NCBI GenBank assembly: GCA_905479495.1
Contig: CAJQMR010000043.1
Coordinates: 2,979-66,978, forward strand
Length of the DNA: 64,000 bases
Reading direction: 5' to 3'
Origin: an uncultured Anaerolineae bacterium
GTDB taxonomy: Bacteria; Chloroflexota; Anaerolineae; Promineifilales; Promineifilaceae
Numbering within the stretch: position 1 is the stretch's first letter; each line of letters starts with the position of its first letter. Positions 54,682 through 63,836 of this stretch are shown piece after piece. The translations under genes and the position numbers were made by a program. The notes beneath the pieces were generated by a model that had not been told where the DNA came from, did not search any database, and worked only from the letters and a program-made list of their open reading frames with translations.

Positions 54682-56016
54682 CTAATCTTTATCAAGTTTA
54701 TCTTGAAGACGATTGAGCCGATGTTCCAACTCGGCACGGACGGGATGGTGCTGACCGCGCCTGCCCCAGCTGGCCACCAAGCTTAGCGCCTGTTCGGTCC
54801 AAAAGATTGCCTGGGATAGTTCTTGTGTTTGCCATTCGTAATATTTGGCCAGCTCCACATGGGCGGCCACATCGTCCAGGCTGGTGGCGGCAATTTGCTG
54901 CCAGAGGGGGAGGGCTTCTGTGTAACGGCCGTTTCGCTTCAGCAACAAGCCCAACCGGTGCAAATTGGCATGATACAGCTCCAGCGGCAAATCGCCCTGT
55001 GCCGCCAGCCGCAGATTTTGCTCCGCTGCCTCACTGAGGCCCAAATCCGCCTGCCATTTGCCCAGGCTAAACAGGTCGATGGGATGGTCGGCAAGGTCTG
55101 GTTGGCTGAGCAGCCTGCTCACCCGCGCCGCCAACGTCACCATCGACACCATGTCAATTTGGTTGTGGTAAAAGACGCGCACCAGCTCACGGGCATCGCC
55201 GCTGCGCAAATAGTGATTGTACAGGCTGGGGATAAGCCAGCCGGGCACATCTTCCTGGCTGCGCCGCAGTCCCAGCAGGCTGCCTTCGAGTGAACCGAGG
55301 GCACAGGAGCCAAGCCGGTGCCGCCACAGCCGCCGCGCCGGATGCAGCAAATCCAGATGCGGACGGTCACGCAGGTCAGTGGGCATCCGGTTCATAATAA
55401 AGCGGCCTTCCAGCAGGGGGACGTCAAAGGAACGGCCGTTAAAGGTCACCAATCCCGCTTTTTCCGCCAGCAGCTCATCGAGCAGCAGCAGCAGAGCTGG
55501 TTCATCGCCATGGTCGCGCAAAAAATATTGGCGCACAACAAAACGATCTTCCCCCTGACTGCCTGGCTCAAAAAAACCGACGCCCACCATGAAGGCCAGC
55601 GTGCCCGCGCCAGCCAGACCGGTTGTTTCTGTATCCAAAAAGAGAAAATCGCGGAAGTTGTGCTGGGCCAGCCGCTCATCCTGCACAAACGGCGCGGCAG
55701 CAGCCGGACTGAAGTCCAGCAGGTCAGCCAGCCGGTCATCGCCGTGCTGGTAATCCAGGGTGTAGACGTGATCCAGCACAAAGCATTCACCGTCGGCGGT
55801 AGCGACGATTTCGCCGCCGGGCAGCAAGGTTTCTAAGGGCTGGATGTCGTCGTCATCGGGGAAATTGGTGCGAGATGGGGTGGGGAACGGCCGTACCAAA
55901 TCTTCATCCACCGGCGGGGCAGGCTTGAGCTTGCGCGGCGGCTTGAGCTGCCCCGCTCCGCGCACCACGCCCAAACGGCGCAGCTTCTTTTGTAGATCTT
56001 CGTTCCGGTCGGCCAT
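54682..56016 (-). CDS. RNase H-like (DEDD) exonuclease with a C-terminal TPR domain, YprB/MrfB-like
   Basis: 444 aa. The exonuclease motif LFLDTETTGLAGAGTLAFMVGVGFF ... LVTFNGRSFDVPLL is followed by TPR-like helices. Confidence 0.7.
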   Translation of the reverse strand: MADRNEDLQKKLRRLGVVRGAGQLKPPRKLKPAPPVDEDLVRPFPTPSRTNFPDDDDIQPLETLLPGGEIVATADGECFVLDHVYTLDYQHGDDRLADLLDFSPAAAAPFVQDERLAQHNFRDFLFLDTETTGLAGAGTLAFMVGVGFFEPGSQGEDRFVVRQYFLRDHGDEPALLLLLDELLAEKAGLVTFNGRSFDVPLLEGRFIMNRMPTDLRDRPHLDLLHPARRLWRHRLGSCALGSLEGSLLGLRRSQEDVPGWLIPSLYNHYLRSGDARELVRVFYHNQIDMVSMVTLAARVSRLLSQPDLADHPIDLFSLGKWQADLGLSEAAEQNLRLAAQGDLPLELYHANLHRLGLLLKRNGRYTEALPLWQQIAATSLDDVAAHVELAKYYEWQTQELSQAIFWTEQALSLVASWGRRGQHHPVRAELEHRLNRLQDKLDKD

Positions 56017-56172
56017 ATGTTCTAATTGTAAGCAGCACCGGGGGGAATCGCAACTTGCTTAAACATTTCCACTTAACACCCCAAATAACACCTTCGGGGT
56101 ACGACAGTAATACCATCCAGAAGCTATGCTAAAAGTGTAATAAACGGATAGCACCTTGAATGAACACGCGAT

Positions 56173-56832
56173 GTGTTTACAGGAGCAGATGATCAAATGC
56201 AAACAAAAGAACAAGTAATTGAATTCAGCAAGACCCAAACAGGTTTCAAACCACAGATGCCCACGGCTCAACCTGAAATTATCGTTAAGGGCCTGGTGAA
56301 AAAGTTTGGGGATGTGCAGGCGGTTAATGGCCTGAATCTGGAAATTTACAAGGGCGAGATGTCTGGCTTTTTGGGACCCAATGGTGCTGGGAAAACAACC
56401 ACCCTCTCTATGCTTTGCGGGCTACTGGCACCAACCAGCGGTTCGGCGCAAATTGCCGGGTTTGACATCAGGCAGAAACCGCAAAAGGTAAAGAAACTTA
56501 TTGGCGTTTGTCCGCAGGAAGCGGCCGTTTTTAAATTCCTCACCGGGCTGGAAAACCTGGAACTTTTTGGCAATCTGCACAACATGGACAAACAAACCCT
56601 GAAAGAACGGGCAGCAGCACTCGTGGAGCAAGCGGACTTTGCTGAGGCCGCCAAACGCAAAACCAAGGGATACAGCGGCGGCATGATGCGTCAGCTCAAT
56701 TTAATGATCGCCTTGATGAGCGATCCGGAAATTGTCTTTCTGGATGAGCCGACAGTAGGCATGAACGCTCGCGCCCGCCGCCGCACCTGGCAGCAAATCG
56801 CCGCACTGAAGGATCAGGGCAAAACTTGCTAA
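56173..56832 (+). pseudogene. Truncated ABC-2-type transporter ATP-binding gene (ends just after Walker B; no H-loop, no partner permease)
   Basis: Walker A GPNGAGKTT, signature YSGGMMRQL and Walker B VFLDEPTVG. The ORF stops at ...LKDQGKTC*, where homologues continue into the H-loop region. Confidence 0.55.
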
Positions 56833-56921
56833 TCCTGACCGTCATTAGCCTGGTTATCGTCGTAGCTGGCATCCAGCTTTTCAAAAGAACCGCCTATCGG
56901 TAAAGAAAAAATGACCATATA

Positions 56922-56954
56922 AGATTGGTCCAATCTTCGAGATTGGACCAATCT
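56922..56954. promoter_or_regulatory. Two adjacent 15-bp palindromes AGATTGG(T/A)CCAATCT separated by TCG
   Basis: 56922-56936 and 56940-56954. The copies are reverse complements of each other and lie 33 nt upstream of the acyltransferase ATG. Confidence 0.45.
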
Positions 56955-56986
56955 ACAAACCCCACATTTAGTAGGAGGATAAAATA

Positions 56987-58192
56987 ATGGCTCAAATAAG
57001 TTTACACTCGACTGATAAATCTCAAGTTGTGGCCGCAAAAAGTGAAAAGGCTGCTCGGCTGTTCTACATTGACCACTTACGCGTTGCGCTCATGATCTTA
57101 GTGGTGCTGCACCATGTGGCGCTGGTCTACGGGGCCAGCCTGGAAGGGTATTATTACGTAGAACCCCCATTTACCTCTCCCCTGGCGTTTAAGGCGCTGC
57201 TGATTTTTGCCCTGGTGAATCAGGCCTGGTTTATGGGCGCTTTTTTCTTGTTGTCAGGCTATTTCACGCCAGGTTCATTCGACCGGAAGGGATTGGGCGC
57301 TTTTTTGAAGGATCGGCTGTTGCGTTTAGGCATTCCGCTGGTTGTTTTCTACTTCGTTCTTAGCCCAATTTCCTTCATCGGTTTCTGGCTGATGCCCTCG
57401 GTACTGACCGGAATTACCGAGCCGCTGACCTGGCAAATCTTCTGGCGAGCCTATCCTGACCTGATCGGTTTAGGCCCACTGTGGTTTGTAGCCATGCTGC
57501 TCATCTTTAGCTTTGGCTATGCCATCTGGCGGTTGGTGGCTGGGAATCAGCCAGCACGCCAATCGGCCATGCCTGGCTACCTGGCTGTCGGCATTTTCAT
57601 TCTGGTGTTGGCCCTGGCCAGCACCCTGATGCGCATGGTGATTCCGCTGGGCGAGAGCTGGCACCAGTTCCCCACCCTGGCTTACCTGCCACAGTATCTC
57701 AGCTTCTTTGTGTTGGGGGCAATTGCCTCGCGCAAGGGATGGCTGAAATCACTGTCTGGCACGATGGGTTTTGTGGGGTTTGTGGTGGCGGCAGTTACGG
57801 CCGTCTTCCTTTTCTCCCTCGCCTTTAGTGGCCAGATGTTCTCGCTGGAGTTGACGGAGGCCTTGGACAACGCGATGGGGAACGGGCATTGGCAATCGGC
57901 CATCTACGCGCTTTGGGATTCTGCGTTTGCCGTCGGTCTAACTTTGGGCTTGATTACGCTGTTTCGTCGCTTTGTGAATAGTCGGAATGGATTCGGCCGT
58001 TTCCTGTCGCAACATAGCTACACCGTCTACATTATCCATATTCCTATCGTCGTTTTTGTGGCCCATGCGCTGCGGAACATCGAACTAGAGAGCCTGCAAA
58101 AGTTTGGTTTGGCGTCGATCATCATTGTCCCAATCTGCTTCATTGCGGCTTATCTGGTGCGCAAAATCCCCTTCGCCTCGAAGATTTTGTAG
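56987..58192 (+). CDS. Acyltransferase family 3 membrane protein
   Basis: 401 aa. RLFYIDHLRVALMILVVLHH plus about 10 TM segments. Confidence 0.85.
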   Translation: MAQISLHSTDKSQVVAAKSEKAARLFYIDHLRVALMILVVLHHVALVYGASLEGYYYVEPPFTSPLAFKALLIFALVNQAWFMGAFFLLSGYFTPGSFDRKGLGAFLKDRLLRLGIPLVVFYFVLSPISFIGFWLMPSVLTGITEPLTWQIFWRAYPDLIGLGPLWFVAMLLIFSFGYAIWRLVAGNQPARQSAMPGYLAVGIFILVLALASTLMRMVIPLGESWHQFPTLAYLPQYLSFFVLGAIASRKGWLKSLSGTMGFVGFVVAAVTAVFLFSLAFSGQMFSLELTEALDNAMGNGHWQSAIYALWDSAFAVGLTLGLITLFRRFVNSRNGFGRFLSQHSYTVYIIHIPIVVFVAHALRNIELESLQKFGLASIIIVPICFIAAYLVRKIPFASKIL

Positions 58193-58284
58193 TTATCAAA
58201 ACCTGACAGGTTTGCCCAGAAATTACCTGGTGACTTCTCCGGAAAGACAAGTACCGGATACGGCCGAAAATTGGAGTTTGAACC

Positions 58285-58653
58285 ATGAATGAAATGAAGA
58301 TTACGCTTTCAATGATTTGGGTCGCTGTCATGCTCACCTACCTGCTGGGAGATGTGCTGCGCTTCATTACCGGACAGATGGTTCCCGGCGAAATGATGGG
58401 CGCGCCAATATCGCAAAGAATGGCCCTGGGCATGGCTGTACTGATGGTGCTGCCCATCCTGATGGTGGTACTTTCTTTGCTGCTGCCGCAGGGGGTCAAT
58501 CGCTGGGCAAATATCATCGTGGCGGGGTTCTGGCTGCTGTTTAATCTTGTCGGGCTGCCAGGCTATGAAGGTCTTTACGATAAATTCCTGCTGCTGGTGA
58601 GCATCGTTTTCAACGGCGTGACGATCTGGTATGCCTGGAACTGGAACGCATGA
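58285..58653 (+). CDS. Small 4-TM membrane protein (DUF6326-like)
   Basis: 122 aa. Weak family-level resemblance only. Confidence 0.5.
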   Translation: MNEMKITLSMIWVAVMLTYLLGDVLRFITGQMVPGEMMGAPISQRMALGMAVLMVLPILMVVLSLLLPQGVNRWANIIVAGFWLLFNLVGLPGYEGLYDKFLLLVSIVFNGVTIWYAWNWNA

Positions 58654-59561
58654 AGATTACTGATAGTCCATTCACAAATAACGATACAGAATACAATCTG
58701 ATCAAAGAACTCTTGCTGGAAATTGAAAACCATCCTGATATGGATAACCGCTGGGACCCTGGCAGCATGGACTGGTGGCGCTACAACTATCATGCTGAAA
58801 AGGGAGTAGATTTCTTTCAGGCCAATGCCCATTATTGGAAAACTGAAACAGATCAGGTTGTGGGATTGTTCATCTCTGAATACGGTCAAGATGATTTTTT
58901 CATCGTGGTACATCCGAATTTCTGGGCACTGTTCTCTGAAATATTGAAATGGGGACTTGAATTTTGGGCACGAGGAAAGAGTAAAATCAGCACGGCCGTT
59001 TACACTTATGACCAACAAAAGATCGCGTGGTTGATGGACGCCAGCTTTTATGAGGATGGTCACGAGGCCAACGTCAGAACTTACAGGCTACGGCACTATG
59101 ATTTTTCCTATGACCTCAAGCCGGATTTCAAATTATTGACTTTTTCCGAATATGGCAATTACGAGAGCCGGGTCAAATTAGTTCACAATGCCTTTAACAA
59201 TCCCGCCTATTCTGAAGCTCGCTTACGTTCACTTCAGAGCTCCCCAGGCTATCAAGCGGAACTGGATTTGGTGATTGTGAATCACCAGGGAAAGTGCATC
59301 GCCTACTGCATGGGATGGGTAGAAGAAAATAATCCAAAGTCAGGTTACATCGAGCCGATGGGCGTCCATTCAGATTACAGAAGAAATGGCCTGGGGACAG
59401 CCCTGGCAAAAGAGTGCTTCAAACGTCTTGATAATCTCGGAGTTGAAAGTGTAACGATTGCCTCCCATGCCGAACCAAATGTCTCCAATTTCCTGTATGA
59501 ATCTTTGATCCCAACAAGCATAAAACGGGTGTATAGATTCTCCCTAAACCTTGATGATTGA
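58650..59561 (+). CDS. GNAT-family N-acetyltransferase
   Basis: 303 aa. The C-terminal GNAT core is IEPMGVHSDYRRNGLGTALAKECFKRL. It overlaps the upstream gene by 4 nt. Confidence 0.75.
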   Translation: MKITDSPFTNNDTEYNLIKELLLEIENHPDMDNRWDPGSMDWWRYNYHAEKGVDFFQANAHYWKTETDQVVGLFISEYGQDDFFIVVHPNFWALFSEILKWGLEFWARGKSKISTAVYTYDQQKIAWLMDASFYEDGHEANVRTYRLRHYDFSYDLKPDFKLLTFSEYGNYESRVKLVHNAFNNPAYSEARLRSLQSSPGYQAELDLVIVNHQGKCIAYCMGWVEENNPKSGYIEPMGVHSDYRRNGLGTALAKECFKRLDNLGVESVTIASHAEPNVSNFLYESLIPTSIKRVYRFSLNLDD

Positions 59562-59665
59562 CAGGGGCGTGATCAGCCCGTTTCTAATCCCTTGATTTAC
59601 ATTTTTGTGGAAAGACCCGCCTCCCATATTGGCGCTATGCTGGGAGCATACGAGGAGAAATCAAG

Positions 59666-59758
59666 ATGACTACTGAGAAAGGGATTGCCATGAATAACCA
59701 TCGCATCATGGTAACGCGGCACGGTGGGCCGGAGGTTTTGCAGACGGAGATGATTTGA
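59666..59758 (+). pseudogene. 30-codon remnant resembling the N-terminus of a zinc-type/quinone oxidoreductase
   Basis: MTTEKGIAMNNHRIMVTRHGGPEVLQTEMI*. The RHGGPEVLQ stretch is typical of Qor-like N-termini. The stop lies 1 nt before the next gene's ATG. Confidence 0.4.
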
Positions 59759-59759
59759 T

Positions 59760-60674
59760 ATGCGCTCCTTGTTAGAAAATGAGAAAAGACGTCAGATAGC
59801 AGGCTGGATTGCGGTGGTTTTTTCCACGGCCGTAACCAGCTTTTGGGCGTTTTGGGGCATTATTGAGAATTTTCACGAAGGCTGGTATTACGACTCCTGG
59901 TTGTCGAATGTCGGCTTGATGCTCGTCCAATATCTTGGCCCGATGCTCATCTTTATGGCCGTCACGCTAATAGCAATCGTTTGGCCGAGATTTGGCGGCG
60001 GACTCCACCTAATCCTGGCCCTGCTGGCTGTTGGTTTTTTTAACGCTTTCTCCAATGCCGCTACTTTTTTGCTCATTTTGCCCCTGGCGGGGTTAGGGGT
60101 GATGTATTGGTACAGCCGTCCTCAACCACGTAAATTAGCCCTCTCCCTGATTATTGGCCTGCCGCTGCTCACCCTCATCATCTCCGGCATAGAACCCGTC
60201 ATTCGCGTGTCCCAACGCATCAATGATGGCAACCTACAGGCGCGCACTGTGTCAGGAAACGGGGTGACGCTCATCTGGGCGCCGGATGGACCCGGCTGGC
60301 CCCGCACAGGGACAAACTGGTACGAGGCACAGGAAGTGTGCCAACACCTCACAGAAGATGGCCTGACGCTGGCCCCTGAACCACAATCAATTTGGCGGCT
60401 GCCTACCGTAGCGGAAGCGGTGCGCTCTATGAGCCTGCACGGCCAAAATAGCGGTGGCGTCTGGGATGCAGCCAGGGCCGAGGCCACCTACCAGGCCACC
60501 CCGGATAAAGAGTCACCCTTGTGGAACGTACATTCCCAGGTGATTTACTGGTGGACAGCAACAGAAGTGGATGAAGCGCACGCTTATATCATTGTCTACG
60601 ATGGGAAGGTATGGGCCAGGTCAAAACAGTTCAGCCCGGCTTATTTGGGGTTTCGCTGTGTCAGACCCCCATAA
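59760..60674 (+). CDS. Membrane protein with a C-terminal DUF1566 (Lcl C-terminal-like) domain
   Basis: 304 aa with four N-terminal TM segments. The C-terminus has WRLPTVAEA ... YWWTATEVDEAHAYIIVYDGKVW ... FRCVR. Confidence 0.65.
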   Translation: MRSLLENEKRRQIAGWIAVVFSTAVTSFWAFWGIIENFHEGWYYDSWLSNVGLMLVQYLGPMLIFMAVTLIAIVWPRFGGGLHLILALLAVGFFNAFSNAATFLLILPLAGLGVMYWYSRPQPRKLALSLIIGLPLLTLIISGIEPVIRVSQRINDGNLQARTVSGNGVTLIWAPDGPGWPRTGTNWYEAQEVCQHLTEDGLTLAPEPQSIWRLPTVAEAVRSMSLHGQNSGGVWDAARAEATYQATPDKESPLWNVHSQVIYWWTATEVDEAHAYIIVYDGKVWARSKQFSPAYLGFRCVRPP

Positions 60675-60713
60675 GTTGGTGTAATTTTCAGCCTTTCCTC
60701 ATATAATGGGTCT

Positions 60714-63449
60714 ATGTCTGGCGACCTGCTGCAAACGAAATTGTATGTGCCGCGGTTACGGCCGTCTCTCGTCCCCCGTCTACGTTTAAAAGAACGGTTA
60801 AATCAAGGTCTCCAACTGGGGCACAAATTAACCCTCATCTCAGCCCCGGCCGGGTTTGGCAAAACAACGTTGGTAAGCGATTGGATTCAAGCAATGAGTG
60901 AGGTCACGCCGCCGTTTGCTACCGCCTGGCTTTCGCTGGATGAAGGCGACAATGACCTGAACAGCTTCTTAATCTACTTCATCGCCGCCATACAAACGGT
61001 AGAACCTGACTTTGGATTAGACCCACTGGCTGCACTGCAATCATCTGGAGCGACCAATATTGAAGCAGTTCTGATGGTCCTGCTCAATGAGATCGCTGAT
61101 CTTTCCCAAACCCTGGTTCTCGTTTTAGATGATTATCACGTAATCGAAAATCAATTAATTGATAAAGCACTCACATTTTTACTTGATCACTCGCCTGCGA
61201 CGTTGCACTTAGTCATCACCACGCGCATCGATCCCGCCTTGCCTTTAGCCCGCCTGCGTGGTCGGGGGCAATTGACAGATCTTCGTGTTGCCGATCTGCG
61301 CTTCACCAATGAAGAGGCCACTACATTTCTCAAACAAATGATGCATCTCGAAATCTCAGCAGAAAATATCGCCGCGTTGGGCGCTCGTACCGAGGGCTGG
61401 ATTACAGGATTGCAACTAGCCGCCCTTTCTCTGCAAGAAAGAGACGCAGAATATGTCACCCGTTTCATCCAATCTTTTACCGGCATTCATCATCACATCC
61501 TCGATTATTTGGTCGAAGAAGTTCTGCAACAACAACCGCCAAGATTACATTCTTTTATGCTGCAAACATCAATATTGACGCGCCTGACCGGTTCTTTGTG
61601 CGAAGCCGTCTGTGATTTTGAAAACGACAGCCCTACTCACAGCGACGGACACACATTATTGAACCGACTCGCAAAATCCAACCTGTTCATTGTGCCGCTG
61701 GATGATGAACGGCGTTGGTATCGCTATCATCACCTATTTGCCGATCTGTTGCGCTTTCGCTTGCAGCAAGAACAGGCCAACATGATCCCTGAACTTCATT
61801 GTCGCGCCAGCAAATGGCATGAAGAACACGGGTTCATTGACCAAGCAATTCGCCATGCTATAGCGGCGGATGATCTTGAACAGGCAGCACGACTGGTTGC
61901 AGAACACAGCTTCCCGGCAAACGAGCGGGGTGAGGTGAGTACGGTGCGGCGATGGTTCGAATTGCTGCCGGACGAAAGAGTCCGTTCGGACCCCTCATTA
62001 TCTGTCGACTATGCTTGGACTCTATTCCTCAGTAGTCAGATTGGCGCTGTTGAGGAACGCCTGAACGATGCAGAAGCTTTGCTTAGCAGGCAAACGACAC
62101 CCATCAACAGTAAAAAAGTCACTGAACTATCTTGCCAGATAAACACACTACGCGCGATTCTCTATGGTATTCAGGGAAAACCGATGCGCAGCACTGAAGT
62201 AGCTCAGCAAGTGCTAAGGATCCTACCAGACGATCGTCGTTCCGAGCGAGGGATTCTCCTCTTAACACTCGCCGTTAACTTCAGAGATCTCGGAGACATA
62301 GCGCAAGCCAGCCAGTCATACGCCGATGCTGTCACACTGCTCCTTGCAGCCGAAAACATAATGGCTGCTATTATGGCCGTTGAACAGTTGGTTCGTCTAT
62401 TGGTGATGCAAGGGAAGCTTGTGCAAGCAGTCGAAGTATGCCAGGAGATGCTCGATGCGTCTGCTGAGTTCAGCGCATCGGAACAACTGCGAGCGCTCAG
62501 TTCAGATATGGCGCGAGCGAATATGAGCCATGTACTCTATGAGCGAAACGAGTTAGCTGATGCTGAAGTATACATGCGACGGGGAATCAAACAAACCAAA
62601 CGAGGGGGCTTCTTACAATCGCTGATAAGTGGACAAATGCTATTGGCACGTATTCTGCAAGCACGGGACGATGCAAACGGTGCAAACAAGATGTTGCAAG
62701 CTGCGATTAATAGCACTCAAATGGATCTCCAGCCAATGTATCAGGCAGAGCTGACAGCGTGCCAGGTGCAGTTGTGGCTAGCACAAGAAGAGCTTGATAC
62801 GGCATCTCGCTGGGCGCAGGAAAGCAATCTGAGCGCCGAGATCGAATTCAACCTTCAAAATGAGTATGAACATATCTCGCTGGCGCGGGTGCTAGTTGCG
62901 CAAGGACGAGCCTCATCAGATGGGGTAATGCTGATCAGAGCACTTGGTTTAGTCGAACGACTCGCCCTATCAGCAGAATCAGCAGGGCGAATGGGGCATC
63001 TGATAGATCTTCTGATACTTCAGGCGTTGGCCTTGGATGCACAAGGAGATCTCAATCAGGCGCTGTCTTCCCTTGAGCGGGCGCTTGAGTTGGCCGAACC
63101 GCAGGGATTTGTACGCATCTTTCTAGATAACGGCAGCCCCATCATTCGCCTACTCAAGGAAGCAACCAGGCGCGACATTGCTGCTGAATATGCGATCAAA
63201 TTGCTTACCCAAATCGATACGGACTCGCAGTCTGACACACCTTCGTCCATACTCATAGACCCCCTTTCTGACCGTGAATTGGAAGTCCTTCACCTGATGG
63301 CACAAGACCTATCTTACAGAGAAATAGCAAACCAAATTTTGGTTAGCCTAAATACTGTACGTACCCACGTAAAAAACATTTACAGTAAGCTTATGGTTCA
63401 CAAGCGATCCGAGGCTGTTGCCAAAGCCAGAGAACTAAACCTCTTATAA
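60714..63449 (+). CDS. Large ATP-binding LuxR-family regulator (LAL/MalT-like)
   Basis: 911 aa. Walker A SAPAGFGKTT, TPR-like middle region and C-terminal LuxR HTH (LSDRELEVLHLMAQDLSYREIANQILVSLNTVRTHVKNIYSKL). Confidence 0.9.
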   Translation: MSGDLLQTKLYVPRLRPSLVPRLRLKERLNQGLQLGHKLTLISAPAGFGKTTLVSDWIQAMSEVTPPFATAWLSLDEGDNDLNSFLIYFIAAIQTVEPDFGLDPLAALQSSGATNIEAVLMVLLNEIADLSQTLVLVLDDYHVIENQLIDKALTFLLDHSPATLHLVITTRIDPALPLARLRGRGQLTDLRVADLRFTNEEATTFLKQMMHLEISAENIAALGARTEGWITGLQLAALSLQERDAEYVTRFIQSFTGIHHHILDYLVEEVLQQQPPRLHSFMLQTSILTRLTGSLCEAVCDFENDSPTHSDGHTLLNRLAKSNLFIVPLDDERRWYRYHHLFADLLRFRLQQEQANMIPELHCRASKWHEEHGFIDQAIRHAIAADDLEQAARLVAEHSFPANERGEVSTVRRWFELLPDERVRSDPSLSVDYAWTLFLSSQIGAVEERLNDAEALLSRQTTPINSKKVTELSCQINTLRAILYGIQGKPMRSTEVAQQVLRILPDDRRSERGILLLTLAVNFRDLGDIAQASQSYADAVTLLLAAENIMAAIMAVEQLVRLLVMQGKLVQAVEVCQEMLDASAEFSASEQLRALSSDMARANMSHVLYERNELADAEVYMRRGIKQTKRGGFLQSLISGQMLLARILQARDDANGANKMLQAAINSTQMDLQPMYQAELTACQVQLWLAQEELDTASRWAQESNLSAEIEFNLQNEYEHISLARVLVAQGRASSDGVMLIRALGLVERLALSAESAGRMGHLIDLLILQALALDAQGDLNQALSSLERALELAEPQGFVRIFLDNGSPIIRLLKEATRRDIAAEYAIKLLTQIDTDSQSDTPSSILIDPLSDRELEVLHLMAQDLSYREIANQILVSLNTVRTHVKNIYSKLMVHKRSEAVAKARELNLL

Positions 63450-63459
63450 CTTAACCCCC

Positions 63460-63523
63460 AATCACATAACTCTCCTCCAGCAATCACATCTTTTTCTCCT
63501 CAAGATCACATTCATATGTGATT
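63460..63523. promoter_or_regulatory. Three direct AATCACAT boxes at exact 22-bp spacing plus one inverted copy
   Basis: Direct boxes at 63460-63467, 63482-63489 and 63504-63511 (GATCACAT). The inverted ATGTGATT is at 63516-63523 and forms a palindrome with box 3. Confidence 0.45.
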
Positions 63524-63581
63524 ATTTTCCGATCCACGGCCGTTATCCTGTAATCATAGTTTTAAAAAGAGGTTGACAGGA

Positions 63582-63836
63582 ATGGCAGATGCAGAACACA
63601 ACTTGAATCCAGATAGCCCGGTAATCTACCAGATTACAGTACAAGGATTTCTGGACAAGAGCCGAGCCGATTGGTTCGACGGGATGGCCATTGAGCCTCA
63701 AGTCGATGCAGACGGAAGGAGTGTCACCAAACTGACCGGCACGGTGGTCGATCAAGCCGCGCTGCACGGGTTACTGCGCAGACTGTACGATCTAGGTCTG
63801 TCACTACTGTCGATTAAACGCATCGAACTTGATTAA
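63582..63836 (+). CDS. Small hypothetical protein downstream of the LAL regulator
   Basis: ORF 63573..63836, which the track starts at TTG. I prefer the ATG at 63582, with AGAGG upstream. The C-terminus is TGTVVDQAALHGLLRRLYDLGLSLLSIKR. Confidence 0.5.
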   Translation: MADAEHNLNPDSPVIYQITVQGFLDKSRADWFDGMAIEPQVDADGRSVTKLTGTVVDQAALHGLLRRLYDLGLSLLSIKRIELD

